Assembly: GCA_013239625.1 (NCBI GenBank)
Contig: MU053557.1
Span: 1,805,063 to 1,869,062, forward strand
Source: Lama guanicoe
Taxonomy: Eukaryota
Reading direction: 5' to 3'
Length of the DNA stretch: 64,000 bases
In this document: positions 1-13,270 of the stretch, piece by piece
How the letters are laid out: every line of letters starts with the position of its first letter
Position numbering within the stretch: position 1 is the stretch's first letter
The notes under the pieces: generated by a model
Databases searched by the model: none
What the model saw: the letters and a program-made list of their open reading frames with translations, nothing else
What the model was told of the DNA's origin: nothing
Position numbers and translations under genes: made by a program

Positions 1-719
1 CTACAGAGTTCCACACAAATCCCTGAAGAGAAGATGCTGCCTGGTTAGTGCTAACTTCTCAGAAGTTTAGAAGATCCAGCAAAGCTGGGATTTAGACTTC
101 CGAGGAGAGGCTGGCTTGCAGGTGCTGATACATGAGACGGCATCATGAGGGAGGTTCTCAGAGTTAGAAAAACAACCACTGCTGCTACTAGAAGCAAGTG
201 TCATGGGTGAGGAGAAGCAGCATTGCTGGCTTACATAACCAGGAAGGAGAAAGCCCTTCTTCCTCCAGCTTCAGAGTGTCTTCTGGCTCCCCTCCCCCAC
301 TGCCAGAGTCTAACAGGAGCCATGTGGGAAATGTGGTTAGCAGAGCTGAGCCCCAGTACCACAAAGCAGAAAGACAGTAGCTGAACAACCATCACATCAA
401 AGGTGTGCAGGCTTCAGTCTCCTGGCCCACCTCATGGATGGCCCTGGGGTGGGACCACACTAGAAAGCAAAGGATTAACCTCCAGGGAGAGGAGAGCAAA
501 AGAAGGAGCACATCCCTGGCAGGGTGACATGTGAGGGAGGAATGTGGGCACTGGAAGGACAATGGCAGCCTTACTTCTACTGCACCTGGAAGAGCTCAGC
601 TCCATCAGTCTGAAGCCACATAGTACAACAGGCAGGTTATCCTTGGACCCTTCAGTTCACTTATATAACCCTCTATGTGGATCCGCTTGAGAAATTCCTT
701 CTTTCCCAAACAATGATTC

Positions 720-1230
720 TGTGGTGGAGCTGGATACTGTAACTGTCACGCGCTTCACCCCCGACTGCCCTCTGGGGATCCTCCTCTTCTCCACACCCTA
801 CTGCTTCGTGTGATGTGCCAATTCAGCTTAGCAGTGGAGCACGTGACACAGACCTGAGCCAACTAGAATGCCACATTTCCCTGACCACCGTGATTGGCTC
901 AAGATAACCCAATCAGATCCCACAAGAGACTGGGATACAGACTCTACTCCTACAATAAGGAACTTAAATCTGGAATTAAAGAGTGTGTTGCAGCTACATT
1001 ATAACCACACATAGAGAGCTTGTTTGAACTGGGAACTACTACCTCAAGATGCAGAGCACAGACAGAAATGGGTCCTGGTGATATCATGTGAGCCCTGAGC
1101 TGTAACTGAAGGCAAATCTAGTGTCAGGACTTTTCAGATAGGTGTGACTACTAAATTATCTTTTTCTACATAAGCCATCTGGAGTGAGGCTTCCTTTCAC
1201 TTGCTACAAAAATTAATAAATATACTGATG
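720..1230. mobile_element. Old ERVL/MaLR-type solo LTR (LTR16/MLT1-like)
   Basis: Motifs cacgtgacacagacctgagccaactagaat...ccctgaccaccgtgattggctc and the terminus taagccatctggagtgaggcttcctttcacttgctac resemble this LTR class. Confidence 0.55.
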
Positions 1231-1354
1231 TAGCACCACTGTCTTGCAACTTGTCTCTCCACTCTATTTGCAAAATAAGCTTTTCCTTCCCTCCGTTTTG
1301 GATCACAGTACTGGCAGGAAAATGACATCATATGTTAGAAAATACCTTTATTAA

Positions 1355-1650
1355 ACAAAATGAAAATCGTTTAACTTCACTAGTAAACAAAGAAATGCAA
1401 ATTACAATGAGAGTAATCTCATCTCAATTGAAACTGTCCCCTAAAAAAAAAAAACTTTAAAGATGACAGTGACCAATTCTAACAAAGTTATGATGAAACA
1501 AGTACATTTATGCATTTGACTGTATAAATTGATATGGCTATTTTGGAAATCATACTGCAATATGCACTAACAGTCTAAAACTGTTTATAACCTTTGACCC
1601 AGTAATCATACTCTTATAAACTTATCCTAAGAAAATAACTGCACAGACCA
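1355..1650 (+). mobile_element. Ancient L1 (L1ME-like) ORF2 3' remnant
   Basis: ttcactagtaaacaaagaaatgcaaattacaatgag and acctttgacccagtaatcatactc match degenerate L1 ORF2 C-terminal sequence. Confidence 0.65.
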
Positions 1651-1934
1651 TTTTTTTTATCTTGCTTGATACCTCCACGTCTAACTCTAGTTCAATGTCC
1701 TATTTAAAGACTAATTAAAGACTAATTACTAAACCTGTACATCATACTCTACCCACTCTCAAGACCCTGAATAATACTTCTACGTATACTAATGGAGCTT
1801 GGGTTACCTTTGTTTGGGGGGGGTATAATAATCTTGTCAAATCTCTTTTGTATATAATTGTTACTTAAATCTCGTATTGTGAGTCCTTAACACGTTTACA
1901 GTTTCTCCCTTCAAGAAGACTGGAAAGTCCTTCA

Positions 1935-3290
1935 AAAAATGTTAAAATTCGCATGGAAACACAAAAAGATCCCTAACAGGCAAAACAATCTTGAAAAAGA
2001 AGAATGGAGATAAGGGATTCACACTCCCTGACTTCAGACTATGCTACAAAACTACAGTAATCAAAACTATGGTCCTGGCACAAAACAGACACATAGCTCA
2101 ACGGAAAAGGATAGAAAGTCCAGAAATAAACCCACGCACTTATGGTCAATTAACCTACAACAACAGAGGCAAGAATATACAATGGAGAAAAGACAATCTC
2201 TTCAGTAAGCGGTGCTGGGAAAACTGGACAGCTACCTGTAAAAGACTGAAATTAGAACACTAACACCATATACAAAAATAAACCCAAAATGAATTAAAGA
2301 CTTAAATGTAAGATCAGATACTATAAAACTCCTAGAGGAAAACATAGGCAGAGCACTCTTAGAAGTTAGTCACAGCAATATATTTTTGAACCAGCTCCTG
2401 GAGTAATGAAAATAAAAGCAAAAACTTAAAAATGGGATCTAATTAAACTTATAAGCTTTTGCACTGCTAAGGAAACCATCAACAAAACAAAAAGACAACC
2501 TACAGAATGAGAGAAAATATTTGTAAATGATGCAACCAACAAAGGACTAATTTCCAAAATATACCAAGAACTCATACAATTTAATATCGAAAAAATAAGC
2601 AACCCAATCAACATGTGGGCAGATCTTAACAGACGCCTCTCCAAAGAAGACATCCAGATGGCCAACAAGCACATGAAAAGATGCTCAACATCACTAATTG
2701 TAAGAGAAATGCAAATTAAAACTAAAATGAGATATCATCTCACACCAGTCAGAATGGCCATCATTAAAAAGTCCACAAACGATAAATGCTGGAGACGGTG
2801 CAGAGAAAAAGGAACCCTTCTACACCATTGGTGGGAATGTAAATTGGTGCAGCCATTATGGAGCACAGTACAGAGGTTCTTTAAAAAACTAAAAATAGAC
2901 CTACCGTATGATCCAGCAATCCCACTCCTGGGAATATATCCCGAGAAAAATATAATTCAAAAAGTCACATGTACCCCAATGTCCATAACAGCATTATTTA
3001 CAATAGCCAAGACATAGAAACAATTCACATGTCCATCAACAGATGACTAGATAAAGAAGCTGTGTTTATATATGTGTGTGTGTGTGTACACTCATACATA
3101 CACACACATATACACACACAGTGGAATATTACTCAGCCATAAAAAAGAATAAAATAATGCCATCTGCAGCAACATGGATGGACCTGGAGATCATCATTCT
3201 AAGTGAAATAAGCCAGAAAGAGAAAAAATGCCATATGATATCACTTATAAATGGAATACAAAAAAAGGACACAAATGAACTACTTATTAT
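1935..3290 (+). mobile_element. 5'-truncated LINE-1 (ORF2 C-terminal part + start of 3'UTR), disrupted
   Basis: ORF-track peptides LPDFRLCYKTTVIKT...IESPEINP...QWRKDNLFSKRCWENW and [28 protein letters not shown]...[13 protein letters not shown]...[14 protein letters not shown] are L1 ORF2p. Stops and frameshifts are present. Flanked by near-identical 22-mers at 1913-1934 and 3393-3414. Confidence 0.95.
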
Positions 3291-3795
3291 TTATAGCTTA
3301 AATGATTGATTCCTTGAATATGTGTAAGCACATTTGACTGTCCTTTATGATTGGATTACTGCATTCTGTTGATTCTTGAAAAAAAAAATGAGAAGATGAC
3401 TGGAAATTCCTTCAGGTACTGTCATCTTTATAACCATCCAACAACACATCAGTTAACAAACACATACAACATACCTTCTATTAAGTAGAAACTGTACACA
3501 GTAACTAGTGCCAGGCCATGCACATTTGGTAATGGAAAAACAAGAGACTATAATAAATGTCTTCCTGGGAATACATACTCAGCCAAGGTTTCTACAATAC
3601 CATGAACTTCTTGAAGTTCTCATTCATCTTTGTATGCCAAAATTTAGAGCAGACACAGCATGCTTGATAGATGCTTAATGAATTGATTAGTAAATTTTAA
3701 AGTGACTCAATGTGAATGTTTTTGAAAGTTCCAGTTGATGGGGCAGAAAATGTTTACATGTATTTTTGTCCAGCCAGTTCCGCAAGCTTATATGT

Positions 3796-3820
3796 ACACA
3801 CACACACACACACACACACA
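3796..3820 (+). repeat. (CA)n microsatellite
   Basis: 25-nt uninterrupted AC run. Confidence 0.95.
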
Positions 3821-4649
3821 TACCCTAGGGTTCAGATGTAACCATGCTGTGTCTGTGAATATTAGCAAAGGGAACACTTGGCCAGCTAGAGACCTGCTCC
3901 CAGAATAGCACCATGCATCATTCAGAAGAGTTTGAGCTGACCCTTCAAGAGTTAAGAATGTTCTGTATTTTCACCCCAAGGATGACATTTTGTCTAATGA
4001 TGGTAATTTTGTACCATATACACTTTACCAAAAAAAACCCAAAGCAAATGCCTGTTGGGTTGACAATTACAAATGGCAAAGGAGAGAGAGATTCATTCCT
4101 GCAACAGTGAGTTTGAATTATCCAGAAGACAAGTATTTAAAAACAATTTGACAGAGATTAATTAGCTCTGTGTCTTCATAAAGCAAGATCTTTTGTTTCA
4201 CTCCAATTTGGCTCCAAACACACTCTAATTTGCCTGCCGTGATACAGATTTGGTTTACTTTACTTGCTCAGCCTTTACCTGAATTTTCATTCTGAATTTT
4301 CCATTATCATTTATAGCTCTTCCCATAGTCATTTTAACATTTCCACTTAGGAACACATTTTTACTTGTACAGGCTAGTTACCAAGTGGATTTTCAGCTGA
4401 AGCAACCGTTTGATAAGAGCGAATACAGGTGGACCTCACTTAAAAAAAACTCATGAGGCAACTGTCCAATACCCCAGATTATAAAACCGAAAAGTTATCT
4501 GCTTTTCAAGATTGTTCCCCATAGATTCCTTATTCCATGATTTTATTAAACTTTATATACCAGTTTGAGCAATTTAACCTAAGGAAGGTATCATATTGGT
4601 GTGCAATGGTTTATCTTCAGGTTGCTTTACTGTAGAATTATTCATAGTA

Positions 4650-4745
4650 GCCAAGAAAGAGGAGGGGAGGAAAGAGGAGGAGAGGGGAAGAAGGAAGAAA
4701 CGAAGGAAGGAAGGTAGGTGAGGAGGAGGGAGGAGGGCAGAAGGA
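4650..4745 (+). repeat. GA-rich low-complexity tract
   Basis: gaaagaggaggggaggaaagaggaggagaggggaagaaggaagaaacgaaggaagg... Confidence 0.85.
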
Positions 4746-4923
4746 GCATTCCTAACAGTTCTTTAAAAAACAGAAGAATAAGAGTAGTTGAGTATTGGAA
4801 TACTATATAGTCTTTACAAATAATGTTGGAGGAGAACATACAACAGTTGTGAAAATTTTCTTGACATAGTGATAAGCAAGGAGGAAAAAAGCAAGTCATA
4901 AGCAATACTCGGAGGCCACAAAA

Positions 4924-5150
4924 CCAGTGATTAAGAGCGTGCCTTCTGGAACCTGCCTTGGTCCAAATCCCGGTTCCACCACTCATGAGCTGTATGACTT
5001 CAGGCAAGTTAACCGCCTGGTGCCTCAGTTTCCTCATCCGTAGAATGTGAGTAATACTAGGACCTAGATTATAAGGTTGTTGTGAAATTAATATAAATAT
5101 AAGTCAAGCACTTAGAACAGTGCCTCCAAGTCCAATGTAAACATTGGCTC
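4924..5150 (+). mobile_element. MIR SINE
   Basis: Core ggtccaaatcccggttccaccactcatgagctgtatgacttcaggcaagttaaccgcctggtgcctcagtttcctcatccgtagaatg. Confidence 0.9.
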
Positions 5151-6589
5151 TTATTCAACCTTTACAGTATGCTTCCGCTTTTATACACAACTTATGAAAG
5201 TATTACACACAAGGGAAAACCTTGGAAGACTATGCGCCCAAAATATCAGCAATGATTATCTCAATGGGATTAAGGCCAATTTGGGGGCTTTTTCTTTGTG
5301 TTTTTCAAAGTTTTCTAGAAGATGTAGCATTTCTGTAATTTTAAAAGTGAACTTCTAATGAAAGCACCTTTGATATATGCTTTTGCTCTTCAAATATTTT
5401 ACTCATTGAACACCATTTGAAAATAAGTAGAATACATTACAATATAATACACAGCTGCAGATTTCCCTTGAAGTTAAGTACAAATCCACTGTAGTCGAAG
5501 AATCTGAAGTCCATGATACGAAGTAAGGTATGACTGCAGTTTCGTTTTGTTTGTTCTGAATGTTTTATCTCCTAGGCCCGACGATCCCTATACAGCATTT
5601 AGAAATGTCATTCATGTATCCACCCAAATACTTCATGTGCCTGCGACGTGAACAGAACACACAAAAATCCTTACCCTCCTGCCGTTCACATTCTAGTGGA
5701 GGAAAACAAACAGGAAACAAACTACACAAGTAAATCAGGTAGCATGTTGGAACACAATCATCGGGTCTGAGAGAAAGAAGGTGGAGTGGCAGGGACTTAG
5801 CAGGGGGAATAGGAGAGTGGGTTACCGTTTTTCAAAGAGTGTTCATACTAAGCCTCCCTGAGCAGGCGGTGCATGCCAGAATTGATGAAAAGTCCTTTCA
5901 TAATTGCAGACAAATATGCTTGTCATCATTCCCCAAGGCGTCACTGAGCACTCAGTATGTGCCAGGTCCTGGGCTGCGTACTACGGAGGCAACAGTGTCC
6001 GAGCAGCCCCGTCTCTGCCGTCATTTACAAAGTGTGCAGTCTTACCGTCACAATACAACCCGGCCCCTTGCAGGAAAAGTTTCCCAACCCCTGTTCTTAC
6101 CCATTATCCGAAAAACTGAGAATTTAGGAGAAGTAACTGGAGTCCATTTAGATCAGAAGTCTCTTGGGTGTGGCTGTGCCTGCTTAGATAGTTTAAATCC
6201 ACAGTGAGTTGGGAAATGCAGAGGGTGCCTGTAAGGTTTAATGCACTGAACGCTTGAAGAGAATTACAAGAAGACATTGTGTGACATTGAAGCTGTTTCA
6301 ATTTCAGCTGCCTGTTATCTGACACTCCAAAATAAAAGCCACTAAAAATTTGCAGCCTACTTACTTCGAGGTTCACATATGAGACATATGATTTTCCTGA
6401 TGCCCCTCAAAGATGAAAACTCATTTTAGAGATGTTATGGTTTGCAAGGCAATGAAAAATATGAATTCAAGACTGGGTATTATTAACTAAAAATGGCATC
6501 CATGCTTCTTTGCAGCTACATCATATAAATCTCTGTTATAAGTCTAGAGAAAGTTTAGATTTCAATTCCAATCTACAAAATCTCAAGTA

Positions 6590-6960
6590 TTTATTCATTT
6601 AACAAATTTTTACTGAGGACCTACCATGTCAGGCACTGCTGTGGCTTACAGACCAGTTACTTGTCAGGTATCAGTAGCTTGCTCAGTATTACATACTCCC
6701 TTTTAAGTGAAATGATATTTTCATCTTTAAATGAGATGAAAAATAGATTGTTTCTATTATTTTGCAGTACATAGTCTACTGGAGAAAAGAACACAAATAA
6801 CAAAAAAGATTAGATCATTATAATTGTGCAGCATGTGTGAAGAACAGGCTTCTAGGAAAGAGTGACAGGTCGCCTCACTGCCACTGGAAGACTTGGGAAG
6901 CCCCTTGGAGGAAGTGGCACCTGAGGTGGGACCCAGAGGAGGAGCAGTGCAAAGCCAGGG
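6590..6960 (-). mobile_element. L2 LINE remnant (interrupted)
   Basis: ttattcatttaacaaatttttactgaggacctaccatgtcaggcactg is the reverse complement of the L2 3' end; ttggaggaagtggcacctgaggtggg further on is L2-like. Confidence 0.6.
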
Positions 6961-8589
6961 GAATTCTGCAGGAAGAGTACCTTGACCCCTGCCACAGAGG
7001 TTATACACTGAAATGCTCAGGATGTGGGCAAAGTGGGACCAGGAAATAATATTTAACATATGCAAGTTGAATATTAGTATTATTATTACACTTCTACACA
7101 CACAACCCACCCAGCTTACAAAGGGGCCACCTGAGGCTGGGAGAACTGCCAGTTCACCCGTTTGTCTGGCAGTAAATGGCACTTCTAGGGACCAATCTCC
7201 CGAGGGCTCAGAGGCCAGAGCTTGTCACTGCCCTCATCACGCACACGTATCTTTTCCCCGTTTCTCGACGCTGATGAAACCTGGGGAACCCTGCACCACT
7301 TCCTCACTCTCGTTTCAGTTCATGTTACTCTGGGCTGTTCTAAGGAGAAACTGGTTTCAGAGCCATGTGATTTTGCTTTCAGATTTCTAGGTTCAGGGAG
7401 AAAAAATGCCAGATGCTGTCCTTTAAACTAAACCCAACCCCACCCTCTTCAGCACTGGGGCAACCCACTCACCCCACCCTCAGTAACATAGCTGCTTCTC
7501 AAATTTCTTTTCTGCAAGGAAAACATCACCATCCATTCTTTGGACACGTGGAGATGCCAGAAACAGACGCTGATGCTTTGTGACCTGCAACCTCCTTCAC
7601 CTGCTTCCTGATACCACCGGGGCCCCGCACTGCTGGAGAAAACAATACTGAGCTCAGGAAGCTGAGCGGAAGTTCAGCAACCGCCTGGAAACTTCCAGGC
7701 AGAGAGCCACTTTCCTTTTAGAGCCAACACAGGGGTAGACACAGCCATACATCTCTCTGTGGTCGTTTCATTCCCACTTGACAGGTGAGGAAAATGGTTG
7801 GAGCAGAGTGATGTGACCTCCGTAAGTCTAATAGCCATTTAGATGATATTTCCAAAGAACCACTGGAACCCAGAGGTGTTTCTGGTTATCAACAGGGCTG
7901 CCAACATTCCCTCTCTTCTAGACGTTAACCTGTAATGATTCTGGAACCAACAGACCCGAATCCAAATCCTCCACACTTTGGCAGTTTATGAAATATTAAA
8001 TGTATCTGTCATTTAAATAAATAGCCACTCCCTTGAGCTCTCTAAGGAAGCCCCCTCCCAGTATCCCCAGCAGCAAAAGAGTTAGTAACTGGCACATCTG
8101 CTACCTCTAGGGCCCCACAGCTGGTATCCTTCCTGTCAGGTTCACGCCCAAGACAGCGGAAGTGCCCAAACGTACCTGCACTTGCCCCCCACTGCAGATC
8201 CCACCAGGAATCCCTGAGGGCTAGTGATGCTCTATCCATGCACTCTCCAGGCCCTGGGGAGCCCTGGCCATCCTGACACCTACGTATGAGAACAGCCAAT
8301 TCACTAGACTCCCATAATATTTGTTTCACCTGCCAGAGTGTGTCCTGATCCAAAAGACTTGGGGTGGGGGATGACTTTGGTGGCACTGCTCACACCCGGG
8401 TGAGCAAGCCCTCCATGCCTGTCCATCTGGACCACAGAGGCTGTGCCTACCCACCCTGGGCCAGCATTCTCTAGAATCACTTCTGCGAGGCCAGCACATG
8501 GTGAGGCCAGCACATGGTGAGGCCAGGAGACAGAGCCACAGCAGGAAAGGAGAGTAGTTTTTGGAGTCATTTATTATAATGTTTATAAT

Positions 8590-8700
8590 TACAATGATCT
8601 CCCCCATTTCACAGATAAAGAAACTGAGGAATGAAGAGACTGTTTAAAATGTAAGTGGTGGAGTCCATATCTAAACCCAGGCACCCTAGTGACAGAGGGT
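8590..8700 (-). mobile_element. MIR SINE fragment
   Basis: ccccatttcacagataaagaaactgagg (MIR core, antisense). Confidence 0.7.
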
Positions 8701-10579
8701 GTGCACTCAATGTAATAATACAGGACCACCTCTCGTTGGGCCTGAAGTATAGTTTCAACTGAATTAAAAGTAACATTCCAGTAAATGAGTTCCATGGCTT
8801 AGCTGATAGGAGATAATTTGACCATATAAAAATCTTTGGCAACATTATAAAATCAAGAAAAAATTTTTAAAGTAATTGCTTAGTTCAGCAGAAGCTGGAA
8901 AGGGTCTCAGGACCATGAACAGTATTACAGATTTTTAAGAAATTCTCTACTTTTTAAGACAGCAAGCCATCTAATGACTATCAATTAAAAGGAAGCTGTA
9001 GAGAAGAGTTGGATGTGATTCCCCGTGTCACACCACATGGTGTCTGAAGCATGTGACAGCCATGTCAAAGAAGACCACACCAACAGCATCTGAAAAATCA
9101 ACAATTGATCTGTGAAGCATTCATTTTAACGAGCTGTGCGCACGACAACTTCTGTTGCTTGGTAAGCAGTTTTATAAGTTCAGTTCAGAGAATAAAAAGA
9201 AATGGATATTTAATTTTTGTACATATAGCTTGATTTACACACTAACTTATATTACTATAATGCTTCCTAAATTTTCTTAAATACCACTCCTGCAGTCACT
9301 TATAAAAAGGATGGTTCCCAAGTATGTACTAGAGTGAGCTAGCAAATTTACGGTCATCTGAGTACAGTGTTCAAGCACCACTGCTCTACCCAAAACGGCC
9401 CTCCAGATCTGGTCATCACACAGAACACTCCTTGTCTACAGCTGCGGGTAGAGCCACACAGAGAGATTTGGGACATTCAGATAAATGTGAAGGAACTAGA
9501 GTAAGTATAGTCTTCCTTTACCTTCCTTCTTTCTCTTTTTTTTTTTTTTTTTTTTTTTAGGGTGGGGTGCTCTCAGCATCCTTCCTTGGGGGAATCAACT
9601 CTCCTTCACTCCATATGGTCCTGGCAGCATCAGGATGATTTCTGTGACTTAAATGAACAACGGAAAAGAGGGGGGGAAAAAAAACAAAAACTAACAACCA
9701 GCCTCACATAGTAAGAACTGTGAGACAACAATCTCACAACAGAAGACAAAAAGCAAAGCAATTCAGAAACATCAAGGTCCCCTGTTCTTCAAAGAGCTGA
9801 GGAACCCTTCCCTGAAGCAATCTTGCCCCCAGCAGACTTCCTCCATTCATGTCTCCTCAGTCAGAATTGAGCCACGCATACCCTTCTAAGCCACGTACTC
9901 ACACGGGGCAGGAACTGTCTCAGTGATGCAGATTCGTCAAGACACTCCTGGTATTCCAGAGCACACTTAATGAAATTTTTTCTGCCCAAAGTCAGAGAAG
10001 ATACCACTTTGAGCTCTACTTTCACTAGACAAATTCATCAAGGTGCACCAAGGGAGGAAAGGGAGTCACTGAACAGACTGATATAGAATTATTTCCCTTT
10101 CTATCAAAAGATAGCAAACACCGCCAAAATAAAGCAATCACTCATCTCTCAACCCTGACAAAAATGTACACAAGCCACACAAACGGGAAGCTGGGAACAT
10201 GCTGGGGATGAGAACCGCCGTTCCTTTCACTGGTCTGTGCAGCACCCACTGGCCATCCAAGACAAGTGTTTGAAGCCTTGGGAAGCAGCCCAACTACCAA
10301 GCAAACATAATCCATTCCGGGCAGACAATTAGTGCTACTACTTATATCTGATAGGAATTTTTTAATGCAAATGATTTAAAACTCAACTCAAATGGCTTTC
10401 AATGAAGCGTGATGATTCAGCAGCTCAGATATTATTACCAAGGACCCTCAGTATCTGGTCTTCTTTGTCTCAGCTCTGCCTCCCACGGGGTCGGCCCTAT
10501 CAGACTCCAGACGGCAGATACACCCCACACATACACAACAGCTAGAGGTTTACTCTTCTGACCAAACGGTGGCCTTATC

Positions 10580-10880
10580 TTCAGGCACCATATCCTTATC
10601 CTAAAACATCTATGGAAAAACAAATTCCAGTTCCAACAGCATACACTCAGGTCTCAGGATCTTTCACTGTCCTGAAATGAGTCATGTGACTAAACCCAAA
10701 TTAATAACCACAGCCCAGGGGTAAGAATACATGGTTGGCATGGATAAATCAGGACCTATCTTTTGAACCGTGTGTGGGATCAGTCCCACCCACAAGCCAC
10801 ATAAGAAAGGCGGTATAGTCAGGGGGAGAAGGGGAGAAGACAGGAATGGTTATTGGACTGACAGACAACAAATTTCCACA
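10580..10880. mobile_element. MLT1-like (MaLR) LTR fragment
   Basis: gagtcatgtgactaaacccaaattaataaccacagcccagggg...ggaatggttattggactgacagacaacaaatttccaca resembles old MLT1 LTR ends. Confidence 0.45.
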
Positions 10881-12124
10881 GCACCTGCCGTCGACACCTG
10901 AGCTCCTCTAGGTAAAGGAACCCTTCCAGCAAGCTCCAGGTTGCAGGGTTATTCCAGAGCTGTATTTTGCAAAACCACGTGGCTCATTTTACTCCTTCAA
11001 CTTAAGGGAAAAAAATCTGTAAAATTGTGACCTATTTTATTCAACAAGTGCCTTGAATCACAGTCATGGTACCCGGGGCATCCTCCTCCTTGGTTGGCAC
11101 AGGAGTGGGTTCGGTGGCTACAGCTCTCACTGATGAAACATGGCAAAATGGTTTCAGGATGCATGTTCACTGGGCTGTAACCATTGCTAATCGAGCTTGG
11201 AAATTTCCTTGCTGGCATTAGACACAGAGATGTGAGACAAAAGCCAGGCTGTGGGATGAGATGCCAGCCCACTTTGGCATGTGGATCGTTTTCACTCAAT
11301 TTCCCTCTGTGGATGGATCAAAGCATCTGAGCTCAGCAGTCAAAAGGGAAAAAAAATTCCAAAACCTGCATCTGTCCATCCAGCTCCCAGCCTGGAGACA
11401 GAGTAATAGATAGTGAGGAAATTCCGTTTCCATGATGTATCAAGCAACCAGATGATGAACGATCTGCAGCCAAATAGGATGTTACTGTTGCAACTTTCCA
11501 GGTGCAAGGAGTTAACCAGCAGCAGTCTGCTGTACTCAAAGCACGCCTGGGATTGGAGTCTGTAGACTTATACAAGATGAATTTCTTTATCACCTGGGAG
11601 ATTCACTTGGTGCCTCTAAGACTCAATCTCCTCTTCTGTAAAATGGGAGTAATTTAACGAAGTGGATACATTTTGACGTATCTGTAGTTCACAGTGACCT
11701 CTCTTAATTCTCACCAATGTACATGGGTACCATTTTGTAAATGATTCCCCAGCAGCTGTTTTCTACAGAAGTTACAGGCGATTGGACTAGGAGTAAAATC
11801 TGGTCAATTCTTGGCCAACTACACTTCTCTTCCTGATAATATTTAGAACTGAGCCCGAAACATGGAACCTCACACTATTAGCAACTAGAGTTCACTTATG
11901 CTGATCAGCACAGGAAGACAATCTGCACAAAACGCCTAAAAACACAGACAAAGACGCTGAGAGGGGACCAAGAGAGTCGTGACTGCTTTCCGCGCCCTCC
12001 CAGATGCCCAGCTACAGCCCTGCTCACAGGTTCCATGGCAAATCCCATCATCTTCCATCAGCCCTCCTCAATCCCCTTTTCTTATTTAAGACACTTAAGT
12101 TGGTTTATATGACTTGCAAGCACA

Positions 12125-12566
12125 TTTTTTTTAACTGAAGTGTATAGTCAGTTATAACGTGTCAATTTCTGGTGTACAGCACAATGTTCCAGTCATGCAT
12201 ATACATATATATTCATTTTCATAGTCTTTTTCATTAAAGGTTATTACAAGATATTGAATATAGTTCCCTGTGCTATACAGAAGAAATTTGGTTTTTTTTT
12301 TAAATCTATTTTTATACATAGTGGGTAACATTTGCAAATCTCAAACTCTCAAATTTATCCCTTCCCAACCCTTTTCCCCTGGTAAGATTGTTTCCTATGT
12401 CTGCAAGCGAGCCTGTTTCTGGTTCTGTAGATGAGTTCATTAGTGTCCTCTTTTTCTCTTTTTTTAGATTCCACATATGAGTGATATTATATGGTATTTT
12501 TGTTTCTCTTTCTGGCTGACTTCACTTAGAATGATCATCTTCAGGGTCATCCATTTTGCTACAAAT
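12125..12566 (-). mobile_element. L1 3'UTR/3' end, lineage-specific (artiodactyl/camelid-type)
   Basis: Poly-T start, tgtgtcaatttctggtgtacagc-like motif, gttattacaagatattgaatatagttccctgtgctatacag, tagattccacatatgagtgat...gacttcacttagaatga. Confidence 0.9.
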
Positions 12567-12846
12567 AATCTTAATGAACTCACTGGGTAGCTGTGAGAAT
12601 TAAATGAGATAATAATGCTTTGTAAACGAAAAGTAATATAAAAACTGGTAAGGACAATAAAATTTGTGACTGACAAAGACAATAGATCTGGACAAAACAA
12701 ATGTTCTGTTTTTTAGTGAAAAAATATTATCTTGGAGAGAAGAGTTTTTTTTGACATGGGAAGATGTTTTAAGATGCATCATTAAGCAGCTGACCAGATC
12801 ACCAAAATAGAAATTATTCAAAAAAAAAAAAAAGAAAGAAAGAAAA

Positions 12847-12991
12847 GCAACACTATTTACAATTGCCAAGACATGGAAATAACCTAAATGTTCCTCAACA
12901 GATGACTGGATAAAGTTGCGGCATGTATATACAATAGAACGTTACTTAGCCATAAAAAAGAATAAAATAATGCCATTTGCAGCAACATGGA
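12847..12991 (+). mobile_element. L1 ORF2-end fragment, opposite orientation to the neighbouring L1 3' end
   Basis: ctatttacaattgccaagacatggaaataacctaaatgttcctcaacagatgactggataaag...aataaaataatgccatttgcagcaacatgga. Confidence 0.9.
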
Positions 12992-13143
12992 ACATTTCCA
13001 CCAGACATGAGATTTTGTTGTAATCTGTATTAAATTAGGATGTGTAGATTCCTTACTAAGTTTGTCCAAAAAATGCTGAAATGGCAGTCTTTGGAATTGA
13101 CAAGTTCCTCATCTCTAATAAAAGCAAAAACAAGGGGCAGTGT

Positions 13144-13270
13144 GGGAGGGTATAGCTCAGGGGTACAGTGCATGCTTAGCATGCATGAGGTCCTGGGTTT
13201 AATCCTCAGTACCTTCATTAAAATAAATAAGCCTAATTACCTCCCCACCAAAAAAAAAATTTTTTTTTTT
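13144..13270 (+). mobile_element. tRNA-Ala-derived camelid SINE (vic-1-like)
   Basis: gggagggtatagctcaggggtacagtgcatgcttagcatgcatgaggtcctgggtttaatcctcagtacc: A and B boxes and an AGC anticodon arm, then an aataaataagcctaattacctcccc tail and A-run. Confidence 0.85.

Noticed and set aside
1991..3309. ORFs of 77-134 aa with real protein similarity (also 30813-31748)
   Set aside because: Fragments of L1 ORF2p broken by stops and frameshifts; no sign of domestication.
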